A stretch of 64,000 nt of DNA from Macrostomum hystrix (lineage: Eukaryota; Animalia; Platyhelminthes): the NCBI GenBank assembly GCA_950097015.1, contig CATNEN010000033.1, positions 3,224,001-3,288,000 of the forward strand, read 5' to 3'. Positions 15,697-29,285 of the stretch are shown here, in pieces. The notes beneath the pieces were generated by a model that did no database searches, had not been told where the DNA came from, and worked only from the letters and a program-made list of their open reading frames with translations. Both the position numbers and the translations under genes were made by a program. Position 1 is the stretch's first letter. Each line of letters opens with the position of its first letter.

Positions 15697-16156
15697 ACGA
15701 TAAGGAGGCCACCTGGCTGCGAAAACGGAAAGATGGACTTTGAGAAATTGACGGAAAAGACTGTTTGGGATCACAATCCCAACTCAAAGTTCCCATTTCC
15801 TTGTCATATCCTACTGGAGACGCACAGAAGCAAATAAATTAAAGTTAAACTCGAGTCGCGTCGACAAAAACTGAGCTACAAGTTTTCTTAAATTTCCCCA
15901 CTGTAGACTTAGAACCCCCAAAGAAAGCACAGGTTAAAAATGCTCAGATTTAATCGATTAGATTAGCAATCCATTCCCTTGTTTCATCTTGAGACAATAG
16001 ACTAGCAATCCATTGTGTACCAATGGAGTGCACACAATTACACAAGAGTGTAATTACGTTAGTGAAGACCAAGACGAATGTGTGATCGCCATTTCGTCAT
16101 ATTCATGAAGAAACTTTAATAAAATTTTACTAATAAAAATTCAGTACAGTCGATGA

Positions 16157-19100
16157 TCACGCTGTTGACTCATTCAGCGGTGCAGCCTCCTTTGGCTGCA
16201 GGACCGTGCGTCGATTGGCAATCACCATGGAGACCAGGCCTCTGGGCAGAGTGCGCAGAAGGGCTCCCACCTTGGCCGCCGAGCAGTTGAGGATTTTCTC
16301 CCCGTTTACCGACATGATGGCATCGCCGATGCTGGAGGGGAGAATTCGGTGCTGAGCTTAATAATAATAATAATAATAATAATTATTATTATTATTATTA
16401 TTATTATCATTGCATGAGGGCTGCGGGTAATGGCACATCATTTGGCGACACTAGACTTGCAGCCAGCGAGGAGGCAATTCTGCTCATTTCGCTGACTCCT
16501 GAGCACACACGCACACAGATACTGTACGCAGGCATACGCTCACACAGGAGTGTACATCTGCCCTGAAATCTCACTCAATCACACCGAAATCTCACTCAAT
16601 CACACCGAAATCTCACTCAATCACACCGAAATCTCACTCAATCACACCGAAATCTCACTCAATCACACCGAAATCTCACTCAATCACACCGAAATCTCAC
16701 TCAATCACACCGAAATCTCACTCAATCACACCGAAATCTCACTCAATCACACCGAAATCTCACTCAATCACACCGTGCGAATCGCACTCGAAAATTCATC
16801 ATGAGAGACTTCTTCCTAAAACTATCTTCCTTTATCGTCCCAAAAGAATCGACCGGAGAGTGGTTTCGAAAATCATTGTCACGAGAGACCGCCTCATCTG
16901 AGCGTAGGGGAGTGAGAGGTGGAGGATAGTTAAAACCGAGATTTTGCGCTAAATATCGCAAATATTTCAAGAACCAACAATCAGAGACAATGCCAGTCTC
17001 GGAGCGGGTCAAAGACAATAGGAATTTTTTTTAATGCAATTGAAAATAAGCGAAATGGGAGAAAAGTAATGAAAAAATTTCCCAAAAATTCCTATATTTT
17101 AGACTGAATTGCTAAAGCAAATGCGGCCCGTAAGTGCTGAGCAGGTATTTGAGAATTGCGAGCTTGAGTGCTTTGAAATTTCGCATTTTACGAACAGCTT
17201 GACGGTGATGCAGGACTTGTGGCTCACTTTAAATTGTTTAAATGACTAACGGTTTTAGTGTTGTCATTGGAAACGGGGGCTGTGGGTTGGAAGCCGGCAT
17301 TCAGTGAAACAGCGAAAGCAAAAACGAATTATTTTTAGCTTGACTGCTTGAAATTTTGTTAATCAGCGTGGACGAAATTTCATTTCAAGCTTCAAAAAAC
17401 TTTTTTTAGCAGAGCATTCTTATCAAAACTGGGTTCTGTCTAAGGAGAGAAACGATGTGTAAATTGTCTTAAAATATGAGCTTAAAAACAAGGAATCCAG
17501 AACGCCAATAAAAACGGAAATTTTAAACCCGGAAAATTTAACTCGGAAAAATCAAAGCCGGAAAACGACGAACATTACTAGTCTAAAGGATATTCTGTGG
17601 CTTAAAAAAATCCTGAAAATGCTCATTCAGATTAGACGTTTTTGAACTTTGAGCATAGAAAAAAAGCAACAGCAAAACTAGAATTAAACTTACAACACAT
17701 GTGAGTAGTCATACAGTGGACTTTTCTTTGAGATCCATGCGATCAGGGCGATGCCGTCCTGCATGTTGAACTCCAGACCCAGGCCGAGGATGCCCTTCAC
17801 GAACTGCACCTGCAATGCCCGGTCTTAGGCTAGAGAGCACGATGAGATAAGAGATTAGATGGAACGAGAGGGAAGATTAGATTGCAGGGGTGCAAGTTCA
17901 GAGTGCCAGGGGCGGATTAGAAAACGAGATGCGGAGCCTGAGACTGAGATGGATATAGGAGATTGAAATGGCGATTGGGGGAGGGAGATAGCAACGGGAC
18001 AGGGAGATGCCAATGGGACAGGGAGATGGCAACGGGAGAGGGAGATGGCAACGGGACACGGAGATGGCAATGGGACAGGGAGATGGCAATGGGACAGGGA
18101 GATGGCAATGGGAGTGAGAGATCCCACGGGTAGAGATAATGGGCGGGGTTGTAAGCACAGCGAAAGCTTATTAATATTTCCCGCTGCCAACCTGGAACGG
18201 TGGCCCGAAGTCACGCTTCAAAGACAGCCGCGACTCAGTCGCGCCGGCCAGCCCGTCAGAGTCGGCGTCGGCAGCTGCCGCTGCTGCCGCTGCTGCCGCG
18301 GCTGCTGCGGAGTCCGACGGCGAGGCTGCTGGCCAGGCCAGAGGCTTGTCATTGCGCAGCATCTGGTTGACGTCGAGCTCCTGGGAGGCGTCGGGCCGGC
18401 GCCTCTGGTGCTGCTGATGCCAAAGCGGCGGCGATCGATAGAACAGCGGCTCATCGGCCGCGACTCCGCCGCATGTGCAGCGGGCCAACGGTGATGTCTG
18501 AGTAGTCGCAGACGCGTAGCGCTTCTCCGGCGCGAACTCGCCAAAGCCGCCTCCCTCGGCGCTGCTGTCGGCGCTTTCGTCGCTGTCGCTGTCCCGACGC
18601 TGCTCATCGTCGGTATCGTTGCTGCTGTCAGCGGAAGAATTTTCCTCGAGCTCCAGCTCAAAGAACGCATCTTCATCGTCGTGCGACGCGATTGCAACGG
18701 CGTTGACAGCGCCGGCAGGATCGCCCGGTGGCAGGTAGGTGTCACTCTTCAGCATCAGACGCTTCGGCATGCGCTGCTGGGCGAAGATTTCGTTTTGAAA
18801 TGAGGCGGCGGCGGCGGCAGAAACCGAGTTTTGAGCTTTGGGCCGGTGCGGAGGTGGCTGCTGAGGCTTGGTCGGTTGCGGCTGCGGCGTGACCAACTCG
18901 TCGGCTCCGTGCTCCAGTCGCGGTTGCACTGAGATCAGGCGCGGCTCCGAGGACCGTGGCGAGATGACCAGCTCTGGGGTTTGATTTTGCGCTGTGAGTA
19001 GGGCTGCTCATCGGTACATAAAACTGTCCATGGCCTCACCTTTAACCTGCTTTCGCAGCACAGTGAGCCTGAAGGTGCCTTCAAGGCCGTTAAGCACATC

Positions 19101-22100
19101 GAGAATCTCTCGCCTGCTGAGGCCAGTCAGCTGGCGGTCTCCGGCGGCCTGCAAGAAGTCGCCAACTCGAAGATTCGGGCAGCGCAGCTTCAGGCCGAAG
19201 CCTTCGCGCACTTCGGAAATCTGAGGGAAAATGAGAGCCAATGCCGAACGCGTCAGTGTGGGGAATAGAATCCCAAATCTATTTGGGGAGCAGCTGTGGA
19301 GTGTGGGGAATAGACTCCCAAATCTATTTGGGGAGCAGCTGTGGAGTGTGGGGAATAGACTCCCAAATCTATTTGGGGAGCAGCTGTGGAGTGTGGGGAA
19401 TAGACTCCCAAATCTGTTTGGGGAGCAGCTGTGGAGTGTGGGGAATAGACTCCCAAATCTATTTGGGGAGGAGCTGTGGAGTGTGGGGAATAGACTCCCA
19501 AATCTATTTGGGGAGCAGCTGTGGAGTGTGGGGAATAGGCTCCCAAATCTATTTGGGGAGCAGCTGTGGAGTGTGGGGAATAGAATCCCAAATCTATTTG
19601 GGGAGCAGCTGTGGAGAGATGGCTTGCGGGCTTGTAGACTTCAGGTTGTCTGACGATGAGAAAGTCAGAAAAATCAATTTTTAATAGCTCTGTCTTCTAT
19701 TGGATGATTCACGCAGCCCTCCTGTCAATCAGAAAGTTTAGATTGTAATTTTCCATCTATGAGTGTACTTTTCTTTACATATAATTGTACTTTTTATTTT
19801 ATATGAGTGTACTTTTCTTTATATATGATTGTACTTTTGCTTTTATTTGAGTGTACTTTTATGAGTGGTGGTTGGCACTAATGGACGCACTTAGCACAAC
19901 AGCCTCCAAAAACACCAAACCAAACTGACCATGAAGTATTCCCGCATGTCGAAATCGCCCGACTTCAACGCCACGCACAGATCTTCGCCGCGCGCTTTGT
20001 TCCTGACGGTCAGCCGGACCTCGTCCATCTGCGGCAGCCGTGGCATCAGGATGTAATTCGGGCCGGGCCGGATCTGCGCCGACACCTCGTCGCGAAAGCT
20101 GCGACGAATTGTTGAACCGTTGTCGGCTCTAGAAAATGCCGGCTGCGCTTCCGTCGTGGTCAGCGCCGGCGATGATGCTGACAGCTTCCGCTGGGTAGCG
20201 CGCACGATGGCCGGCACGGCGCGGCGCACCGTCAGGCGGCAGCGGAGCGGCAGGTTTCTTAGAAAGTTCGGCATCTCGTCGCGCGGCACCGACCTGGCGT
20301 CGATGTCGTTGATTTGAACAACGACGTCGCCGCTGAATAGGCCAGCCGGGTGGGCGCGGTCGGCCGGGCCCTTCGCCTGAATCGATTTGGCCGTCCACTG
20401 GCCATTCTCCAGCTGCATGTCCATCCCCAGCAGCTCGCCTGGAATGCGATTCACTTGCGTTCGGATCTCTGCTCGCTTGTTTATTTTTGGGGCTTTTGTT
20501 ATTGTTGCCAGGCTTTTGGTTGGGCTTGGCAATAAAAATAAGAAAGTATGGGAAGATGCACTCCCGCTGGTGTTGCTGCAGGGCTGCGGGCACTGGCGCA
20601 TCATTTGTCAGTTCTGTTCATTCTGCTGACTCCTGAGCACATACGCAGGCAGGCTCACACTCTCACAGGGTGTACGTATCCCTTGACTGTGGGGAGAGTG
20701 AGTTGCTGAGCGGCTAACGCCCACCCTAAAACCTTCTTTCTGCGGCTGCGCCTCAAATTAACGTGGCCAAGGACTCAAAACTCAGGACTCAGGACTCAGG
20801 GACTCTGGCGTGTGAGGCCAACTGGTTAGACCGCTCATTTATGCGTAATTGTTTGAAATTTTGAATTTAAATATGTTTTGAAGACTTTGATACCGCGCAG
20901 TCATTTCTACCTGGCAGACGATCGATTGTGAGCACTTCAATATTGCTTCCAGGAGCAGACTGAGCTGAAGCCTGCTGCTGCTGCTGCTGCTGCTGCTGCA
21001 GCCCGCCGCTGACAAAGTCGTTAGCGGACAACTGACGATGCCGACGCTGCTGGCGGGCCTGAGGTTGTGTGTGGTTGAGCAGCTGCAGCTGCTGTGTGTG
21101 CTCACCGCCTCCGGAGCTGATGCTGCCCGGGAAACTGGGAGAGCCGATCAGCGCAGCGGCCGCCGACGCCACCACCGTCGCCAGGCCGTCGTCGTCGCCG
21201 GCGAATTCCAGTGCGATTGTCGGTGAGATCAAAGAAGGCGATGTTGAGGCTGCTGAATGCGGCACAAAGATTTGCTGCTGCTGCTGTTGCTGTGGCGGCT
21301 GCTGCTGTGGCGGCTGCTGCTGGCCAAGAGTTTCAAACATGCGAATTTTGCTGCTGACATTGCCGCTCGCTGAAATCATCTGGGAGCTGCTGAGGTTGCG
21401 AGAGATTGAGCGCTGCTGCGGCGGCCGGACGATGGCCATTGGCTGACTTGACGGAGCCGGGCCCGGGGACCGGCGACTGCAGGTATTCAGACAGTTCGAT
21501 GTTTACTGTCAGAATGTCATCCTAAAATACTAGGCTTCTAGTTTGGAAAGAGCTCATGTTTCCAAGTAAATAGCTAAAGTTTCTAGGAAACAGCTAAAGC
21601 TTCTATGAAACAGCTAAAGTTTCTAGGAAACAGCTGAAGCTTCTAGGAAACAGCTAAAGTTTCTAGGAAACAGCTGAAGATTCTAGGAAACAGCTAATGT
21701 TTCCAAGGAAATAGCTAATGTTTCTAGGAAACAGCTAAAGCTTCTAGGAAACAGCTAAAGCCTCTAGAAACAGCTAAAGCTTCTAGGAAACAGCTCATGA
21801 TTCTTGGAAGCAGCTCAAGCTTCTAGGAAACATCTAAAGTTTCTAGGAAACAGCTGAAGCTTCTAGGAAACAGCTAAAGCCTCTAGAAACAGCTAAAGTT
21901 TCTAGGCTTTCTAAAGCTTCTATGAAACAGCTTAAGCTTCAAGGAAACAGCTCATGTTTCTTGGAAACAGCTGAAGCTTCTAGAAACAGCTGAAGCTTCT
22001 AGAAAGAGCTGAAGTTGCTAGGAAACTGCTGAAGTTTCTAGGAAACAGCTGAAGTTGCTAGGAAACGGCTGACGTTACTATGGGCCAAGTGCCCAGCTCA

Positions 22101-22430
22101 AATCCCTAATCCAAACTGCACAATGACTTACCGTTCTGTTTCAATTCGGCTTCCGGACTCGCTACCAGGCGATGCGTCTCTCGATGATCCGGCTCGATCC
22201 CGAAATTCTGGAGCCTGCAAATGCTGCTGCTGCTGCTGCCGATGATGATGATGAATAGACGGCATACTTCTTGATGGAAACATCTGGGTGTTACAGGGGA
22301 TCAGGCGATGTATTAGAGAGTAGCTACTCAGCGGAGAACTAGGGCGATGGCTGCCGGTCGCAGCCAGGCTTTTTATTGAGCAACTCGCATTCTTCCTTAA
22401 GACAGTGCAGGCCACCACAGGATTACTCAT
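16157..22430 (-). CDS. Multi-PDZ-domain scaffold protein (3 PDZ domains), 7 coding exons; 5' end uncertain
   Basis: Exons 22430?-22132, 21476-20911, 20438-19930, 19220-19040, 18991-18192, 17809-17694 and 16331-16157; GT-AG and phase-consistent. PDZ signatures: DRLPGELLGM...GPA...GLFSGDVVVQIND; ISEVREG...LRVGDFL; VKGILGLGL...SPLYDYSHVFIGDAIMSVNG. Acidic, polyA and polyQ linkers. Confidence 0.82.
16400..16495 (-). mobile_element. 3' fragment of SINE family A with an (AAT)n tail
   Basis: Its reverse complement matches 11343-11430 (CAGCGAAATGAGCAGAATTGCCTCCTCGCTGGCTGCAAGTCTAGTGTCGCCAAATGATGTGCCATT). Confidence 0.85.
16564..16775. repeat. 21-bp GAAATCTCACTCAATCACACC array, 10 copies (intronic)
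   Basis: Perfect period 21. Confidence 0.96.
17960..18125. repeat. Degenerate 19-bp GGGAGATGGCAATGGGACA array (intronic)
   Basis: Period 19 at 18061 and 18080. Confidence 0.85.
19256..19615. repeat. 45-bp array GTGTGGGGAATAGACTCCCAAATCTATTTGGGGAGCAGCTGTGGA, 8 copies (intronic)
   Basis: Period 45; internal hairpin CTCCCAAAT/ATTTGGGGAG; no spacers. Confidence 0.95.
21565..22080. repeat. 20-bp TTCTAGGAAACAGCTAAAGC array (intronic)
   Basis: Period 20, moderately diverged. Confidence 0.92.
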
Positions 22431-22819
22431 TAGGGTGCCTCATTAATGATTCATGACAACGGGGTCATCACAGGGCGGTGGTGTTCCCGGTTCCTGAAAT
22501 GTTCAGCCAATCCACCAAAATGGGCGTTCACTGCCTCCTCAGCTAATTAATTATGCAGCCGGAATAATCTAAGCTGATCCAGCTATCTTGCATGGGTCAG
22601 CATTTAGCTTTTGCCAAATCCTTTGGTCTATCAATTTGGGGCAATTTGTGTATCGAGACATGTTTTTCATCTTTCATTCAGAAGGATAATAAGCTTTTCA
22701 TTTGCTTTCTCATCGGAATCTGAACTTAATGCTCATTCGATCCCGAATTGAAGCGCTTTTGCTACAAAAAATTGTCTTTACCCATCGACCGTGCATAACG
22801 TAACTCGACTTAGCCAGAC

Positions 22820-23540
22820 ACCCCATTCAGACTGAATAAATTTTCACTCCACTAAACAACCACCCCATTCAGACTGAATAAATTTTCACTCCACTTAAAC
22901 AACCACCCCATTCAGAATAAATCAATGTGCACTCAGCTCAGACAGCCACCCCATTCAGAATAAACCCATGTGCACTCAGCTCAGACAGCCACCCCATTCA
23001 GAATAAACCCATGTGCACTCAGCTCAGACAACCACCACATTCAGAATAAACCAATGTGCACTCAGCTCAGACAGCCACCCCATTCAGACTAAACCAATGT
23101 GCACTCAGCTCAGACAGCAACCCCATTCAGAATAAACCAATGTGCACTCAGCTCAGACAGCCACCCCATTCAGACTAAACCAATGTGCACTCCGCTAAGA
23201 CAACCACCCCATTCAAAATAAATCAATGTGCACTCAGCTCAGACAGCCACCCCATTCAGAATAAATCAATGTGCACTCAGCTCAGACAGCCACCCCATTC
23301 AGAATAAACCCATGTGCACTCAGCTCAGACAGCCACCCCATTCAGAATAAACCCATGTGCACTCAGCTCAGACAGCCACCCCATTCAGACTGAATAAATT
23401 TTCACTCCGCTCAGACAGCCACCCCATTCAGAATAAACCAATGTGCACTCCGCTTAGACAGCCACCCCATTCAGAATAAACCAATGTGCACTCCGCTTAG
23501 ACAGCCACCCCATTCAGAATAAATCAATGTGCACTCCCTC
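22820..23540. repeat. 43-bp CAGCCACCCCATTCAGAATAAACCAATGTGCACTCAGCTCAGA array
   Basis: Period 43 (22941 and 22984). Confidence 0.93.
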
Positions 23541-24007
23541 AGCCAACCAGGTTAACAGGAAAGACTAGTGGTTCGAGGACAATGTTATTTGTTAAATCAC
23601 TGGAAATTAGTTTTAGCCATAGGTTATCAGGTAACGATGACGGTGTCTTGCAATTCAGGTTAATATCAGTCAGTACAGAGGAAATCGCACATACAGCTTT
23701 TGCAGTGCACTATCAAGCAGCAGCAGCCAGCATGTTTGCTTTCAGTTTGGGAATAAATTTGCCGATAAGATTAGTAGGCTTCTCTTCCCGCTGAAGATTT
23801 CTAGAAACGAGCTGCTTTGGTCTCCTGCGAAGCATTGGAAACAGCTTATTGCTTGATTTGTCTAAATGTCTCCGGACAACACTGATATCTGATTTCGAAT
23901 GTTTTAGCAGGTATTGCAGGTGAGATTCGTTATAAAAAATAGATTTACTTTCAACCCGAATAATTACGATTAGGAACTTATTCAAATGATATTTCGTCTG
24001 TATCATC

Positions 24008-24765
24008 TCTACACCCCTGTTAATCCTGAAAACACAACCCCCCGTACACCCTGTGAACATAACCCCCTGTACACCCTGTGAACACAATCCCCTGTACACC
24101 CTGTGAACACAATCCCCTGTACACCCTGTGAACACAATCCCCTGTACACCCTGTGAACATAACCCCCTGTACACCCTGTGAACACAATCCCCTGTACACC
24201 CTGTGAACACAACCCCCTGTACACCCTGTGAACATAACCCCCTGTACACCCTGTGAACATAACCCCCTGTACACCCTGTGAACACAACCCCCTGTACACC
24301 CTGTGAACATAACCCCCTGTACACCCTGTGAACACAACCCCCTGTACACCCTGTGAACACAACCCCCTGTACACCATGTGAACACAACCCCCTGTACACC
24401 ATGTGAACACAACCCCCTGTACACCATGTGAACACAACCCCCTGTACCCCCTTGAACACAACCCCCTGTACACCATGTGAACACAACCCCCTGTACCCCC
24501 TTGAACACAATCCCCAGTACACCCTGTGAACACAATCCCCTGTACACCCCGTGAACACAACCCCTGTACACCCTGTGAACACAACCCCCTGTACACCATG
24601 TGAACACAACCCCCTGTACACCCTGTGAACACAACCCCCTGTACACCATGTGAACACAACCCCCTGTACACCCTGTGAACACAACCCCCTGTACACCCTG
24701 TGAACACAATCCCCTGTACACCCTGTGAACACAATCCCCTGTACACCCCGTGAACACAACCCCTG
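24008..24765. repeat. 25-bp ACACCCTGTGAACACAACCCCCTGT array
   Basis: Period 25; explains the VFTGCTG and HRVYRGLCSQG ORFs. Confidence 0.95.
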
Positions 24766-25489
24766 AACACGCTTTGTGCAAAAGCCTCTCTAAACCCTCC
24801 AGACGAAAAGTATTTTGTAACTTTGTGTTGAAGCAAAAATAGAGTTACGAGTATATGAAGGGGGAAATGGTCGAGAACAGAAATTGACCAAAGGGCTGCT
24901 AGCTGGAATGTCCCATCATAACGAGGATTCATCTACAAATTAGATTTTGCTCGAATTTAAGCTGAAGCAGCTCTTCAACAAAAAATTTTTTTTCAGTATC
25001 TAGAGGAAATAGTGTAAAATACATATTGAGTATGCTCAAATACGTAACATTCGTGACATTCAAACTGTTTTCAACCAATATGTTTTTTAGGATAAAATTT
25101 ACTAGTGACACTACTGAGAATAAGAAATAAGTAGCAAGTTGTGTTTAGTTTGTGCCATTTGTAATAGCGACGAACAGAATACTTAAAGACGATCTCTAAG
25201 AAACTGAGTTCGTTTCGAATTTATTATCAAACTCCTCTTCCATCACCTGAGAAGTTTGCACCGGACCGCTCGATCATCTGAGCTGCCTGAGTGTAAATCA
25301 GCCAGACCTAAATTGCTTTTTGGAAGTCCGTGAGTCACTTCGCACTCATCATGCTAGCTCATGCACCAAGCGGTTCTTAGTTCTGAGATGCCCGACTGGT
25401 GAACATCACTGGTTAAAGTTCCGTGCCTGTCACCGTTATTTTCAGACATTATCCACCATCTGACTCACCATTTAGGATTTATCACTTCC

Positions 25490-26050
25490 CGCACCCCATT
25501 CCCACCATCAACTCTTCATCCGCACCATCAACTCTCCATCCCCACCATCAACTCTCCATCCCCACCATCAACTCTCCATCCCCACCATCAACTCTCTATC
25601 CGCACCATCAACTCTCCATCCGCACCATCAACTCTCCATCCCCACCATCAACTCTCCATCCCCACCATCAACTCTCCATCCCCACCATTAACTCTCTATC
25701 CGCCATATCAACTCTCCATCCGCCCTATCAACTCTCCATCCGCCCTATCAACTCTCCATCCGCCTTATCAACTCTCCATCCGCCTTATCAACTCTCCATC
25801 CGCCTTATCAACTCTCCATCCGCCTTATCAACTCTCCATCCGCCTTATCAACTCTCCATCCGCCTTATCAACTCTCCATCCGCCTTATCAACTCTCCATC
25901 CGCCTTATCAACTCTCCATCCGCCTTATCAACTCTCCATCCCCCATATCAACTCTCTATCAGCCATATAAACTCTCCATTCGCCCTATCAACTCTACACC
26001 TGCCCCATCAGTTCCCACCTGCCCCCATCAATTCCCATCCGCCCCATCAA
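25490..26050. repeat. 20-bp CGCCTTATCAACTCTCCATC array
   Basis: Period 20; homogeneous core with diverged edges. Confidence 0.93.
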
Positions 26051-26780
26051 GTTACTCAGCATCGGTAAATGACTGCTCAGTCCAAGATGCAGCAGCCCCA
26101 GCCTCAGTCGCACTCAAACTAATCGTTTCCGATAAGCGCAGACCAGGTTTCCTGGAACAGTTATTGATTTTCCTGCAGTCCCAACCATGGCAACCCGGCT
26201 CAATCATGCCGTGTTTTCATGATTTCTATTTTCCTTTATTATCTGACGCGTTGGAGTGCTCTTCGAGATCACCTTCAATCTGCTCCTCTCCCAATTCTAA
26301 TCTATTTTTATCCCTCGGAAAGAATCCCATCTTTCTGTCCTTTCTCTGTTGCGGGGCTCCTTCTGCAATATCCCCAACCAGATCTCTCTTCCCTGTCTCA
26401 TTACCTCAGACCTGGGGGGAGGGGAGAGAAACGGGATGATGACAGGGGGAAAGGGGAAGGCTGAGCTCGACTCGGGCGGTGCAGAAAGGTCTATTGAATC
26501 TCAAGCCAGGCAGTATTTACTCCCCCTGCTCCGGCCAGCCAATGCGGTGGTCTCTGCTGAGCTGGGGAGGGGCAGATCCGAGTGCGAGACTGCCCCAGTG
26601 TGCGGCCAGATACCCGCTGCTTAAAAATAAAAATCCCAACACCGGTAATCGATACAGATCGATCAAAACGGTCAGATAAGTCGTTGCTGCGCCTCATCCT
26701 ACGCAGCCAGCTATCAACAGTAGCGAGGCAGATTCCCCTATTCGAGAGCACCGCATAGCAACAGCAGCACCGCGACAGGT

Positions 26781-27947
26781 ATGGCCAGCTTCATCGCGAA
26801 GCAGCTGGTTGGCAAGCAGATGGAGAGCGTCAAGGGTGAGCTCGATCAAGCTGATGATCTACCCAATGATCTACCCAAAAATCTACTCAACGATCTATCC
26901 AATGATCTACCCAATGATCTATCCAATGATCTACCCAATGATCTACCCAATGATCTATCCAATGATCTACCCACCAATCTACCCAACAATCTTCCCGACG
27001 ATCTACCCGACAATCTACTCAATGATCTACCCAATGATCGACCCAATGATCTACCCAATGATCTACCCGACGGAAAACAGAGAAAACAAGCAAAACAGAA
27101 GCGAACTAAAGTGACTTAATAAAAAAATAAAAATTGTTGTCCGTCAGGCAAGATGTCCGGCGGTGACGAGTCCAGCGCCGAGGACGCGGAGCACCGGGTG
27201 GCCATCGCCGAAGCCCTGGCCGAGGAGAAGAGGAAGCGCGAGGAGAAGCACCGCAGGATGGAGGCGGAGCGGGAGGAACTCCGGCAGGGCATCCGAGAGA
27301 AGGTGTGCTAGGGAACTGCCAGGGAAACAGCTAGGGAAACAGCCATGGAAATAGTCATGGAAACAGCCATGGAAACAGCCAGGGAAACAGCCAGGGAAAC
27401 AGCCATGGAAACAGCCAGGGAAACAGCCAGGGAAACAGCCAGGGAAACAGCCAGGGAAACAGTCGGGGAAACAGCCTGGGAAACAGCCAGGGAAACAGCC
27501 AGGGAAACAGCCGGGGAAACAGCCTGGGAAACAGCCAGGGAAACAGCCATGGAAACAGCCGGGGAAACAGCCAGGGAAACAGCCAGGGAAGCAGCCATGG
27601 AAACAGCTGGGGAAACAGCCTGGGAAACCGAAGCCAATGAGGAAAGAGTGAACTTATAAAAATATTCCAGTCATCGCCTGGACGACTTTCTACACTTTTA
27701 GTATAACATCCCGAAGAAGTCGGAGCCGCACATTGGCGACGGCGATGAGCATTTCTTTGGCGCCGGCGGCGTGGGACGCCTCGGACGGAAGCGCAAGACC
27801 GCGGAGGAACTGGCCGCCGAGCGGGAGTCGCAGGACGACGACCTGGCCTCCTACCTGCCCGAGGGCGTCCGGGACACCGTGCGAACTGTCACCGGCGTGC
27901 CGCATCGGGTGCTGGCGAACGCCCAGGAGAAGTGCTGCGTGCAGTAG
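26781..27947 (+). CDS. cpx: Complexin (synaptic SNARE regulator), 151 aa, C-terminal CAAX
   Basis: Exons 26781-26835, 27148-27302 and 27702-27947. N-terminus MASFIAKQLVGKQMESVKG; central helix EEKRKREEKHRRMEAEREELRQGIREKYNIPKK; ends in CCVQ. Confidence 0.95.
26853..27070. repeat. 12-bp AATGATCTACCC array (complexin intron 1)
   Basis: Period 12. Confidence 0.92.
27308..27630. repeat. 12-bp GGAAACAGCCAG array (complexin intron 2)
   Basis: Period 12; starts about 5 nt after the donor. Confidence 0.92.
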
Positions 27948-27954
27948 CCCTTGG

Positions 27955-28300
27955 AGAGATGAGACAGGAGGAAGATGAGACAGGGAGAGATGAGACTGGA
28001 GGAAGATGAGACAGGGAGAGATGAGACTGGAGGAAGATGAGACAGTGAGAGATGAGACTGGAGGAAGATGAGACAGGGAGAGATGAGACTGGAGGAAGAT
28101 GAGACAGGAGGAAGATGAGACAGGGAGAGATGAGACTGGAGGAATATGAGACAGGGAGAGATGAGACTGGAGGGAGATGAGACTGGGAGAGATGAGACTT
28201 GGGAGATGAGACTGGGAGAGATGAGACTGGTAGAGATGAGACTTGGGGAGATGAGACTGTGGGGAGATAGGACTGGGGGAGATGAGGCATGGAGAGATGA
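27955..28300. repeat. 31-bp GAGATGAGAC-based array immediately after the complexin stop codon
   Basis: Period 31 at 27981, 28012 and 28043. Confidence 0.85.
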
Positions 28301-29285
28301 GAAAAGTGGTATGATCATAAGAGAAGAGACAAGAGAGAGACGAGGCAGGGAGTCGTATTGATTTGTTGAGTGTATGTTTAATGTGTTGTACCCATACATA
28401 CACATGTTCACTTACAATGTTCACTTACAATGAAAGCTGAAATGACAACAGTGTTTCCTAAGTCCTTCAATACCTTGATTTGTGTCACCTGTCAATCATG
28501 CTTCTCCCTTCCTCCTAATTATTTGCTTTGCTCGTGATTTTGCTCGTGACGTCATTCCAGGCATATTCGCTCGAATCCCCAGACACAAACCACAGGAGAC
28601 CAGATCTTGGATTTGCTTGAAGAAATATGTTCTCACCTGCTCCCAGGTTAATTGAAAATCAGTGTAGGTCCGCAATCTCAGCCTTGAGGCGCAACCTTAT
28701 CGCATTGAGTTAGATTGAGATAGATCTCAGCCTTAAAACCTGTTTAGGCCGGGAAAGTTGTGAGATCGGTTCTTGCATCTTTGGGAAATTGTTAGGGTCA
28801 CAAAATTGCTCCATTTAGTGAAGGGGGTAGCTAACTGCTCCAATCTGTGATCATTGCTTGGCATCAATACCTTATTACGAGCTACAAGTATTCTCAAAGA
28901 AAGTGTCATTCCATTTGTTTGAATTATTGATTACTTTTTGAGCCGAAAAAATCACACTTATTTAATTTTGTCCTAGTTTGCAGTGTGAATAAATACACAG
29001 AGGTCCAGCTAATCGCCCAGTTGAAAATCAATAAATTTGTTTGACATAATCTTTAATTCTGAAAAAATCTCCCGGATTCAGAAGCAGAAAAATCTGTGCC
29101 CCGCAGTCGTAACTGTTCCCGTGTCCAAGGCTTTCCCGGCAGTCCTTGATACAAGCTGCCACCCTCATTCGCCTTTCTCTCCCTGTCTCCTCCTTCACAA
29201 CTGATCACAGCTATAACTGACTCAAAGCAGAATTCTATTTCCAGTGCCACCCGAGTTCGCGACCTGTATTTTTTCCATGAGCTTT

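Noticed and set aside
19256-19615. 45-bp hairpin-containing repeat resembling a CRISPR array
   Set aside because: Units are contiguous with no unique spacers, there are no cas genes, and it lies in a eukaryotic intron.
23713-24932. Three long overlapping minus-strand ORFs (253-348 aa)
   Set aside because: They are products of the stop-free 25-bp array cycling through all three frames.
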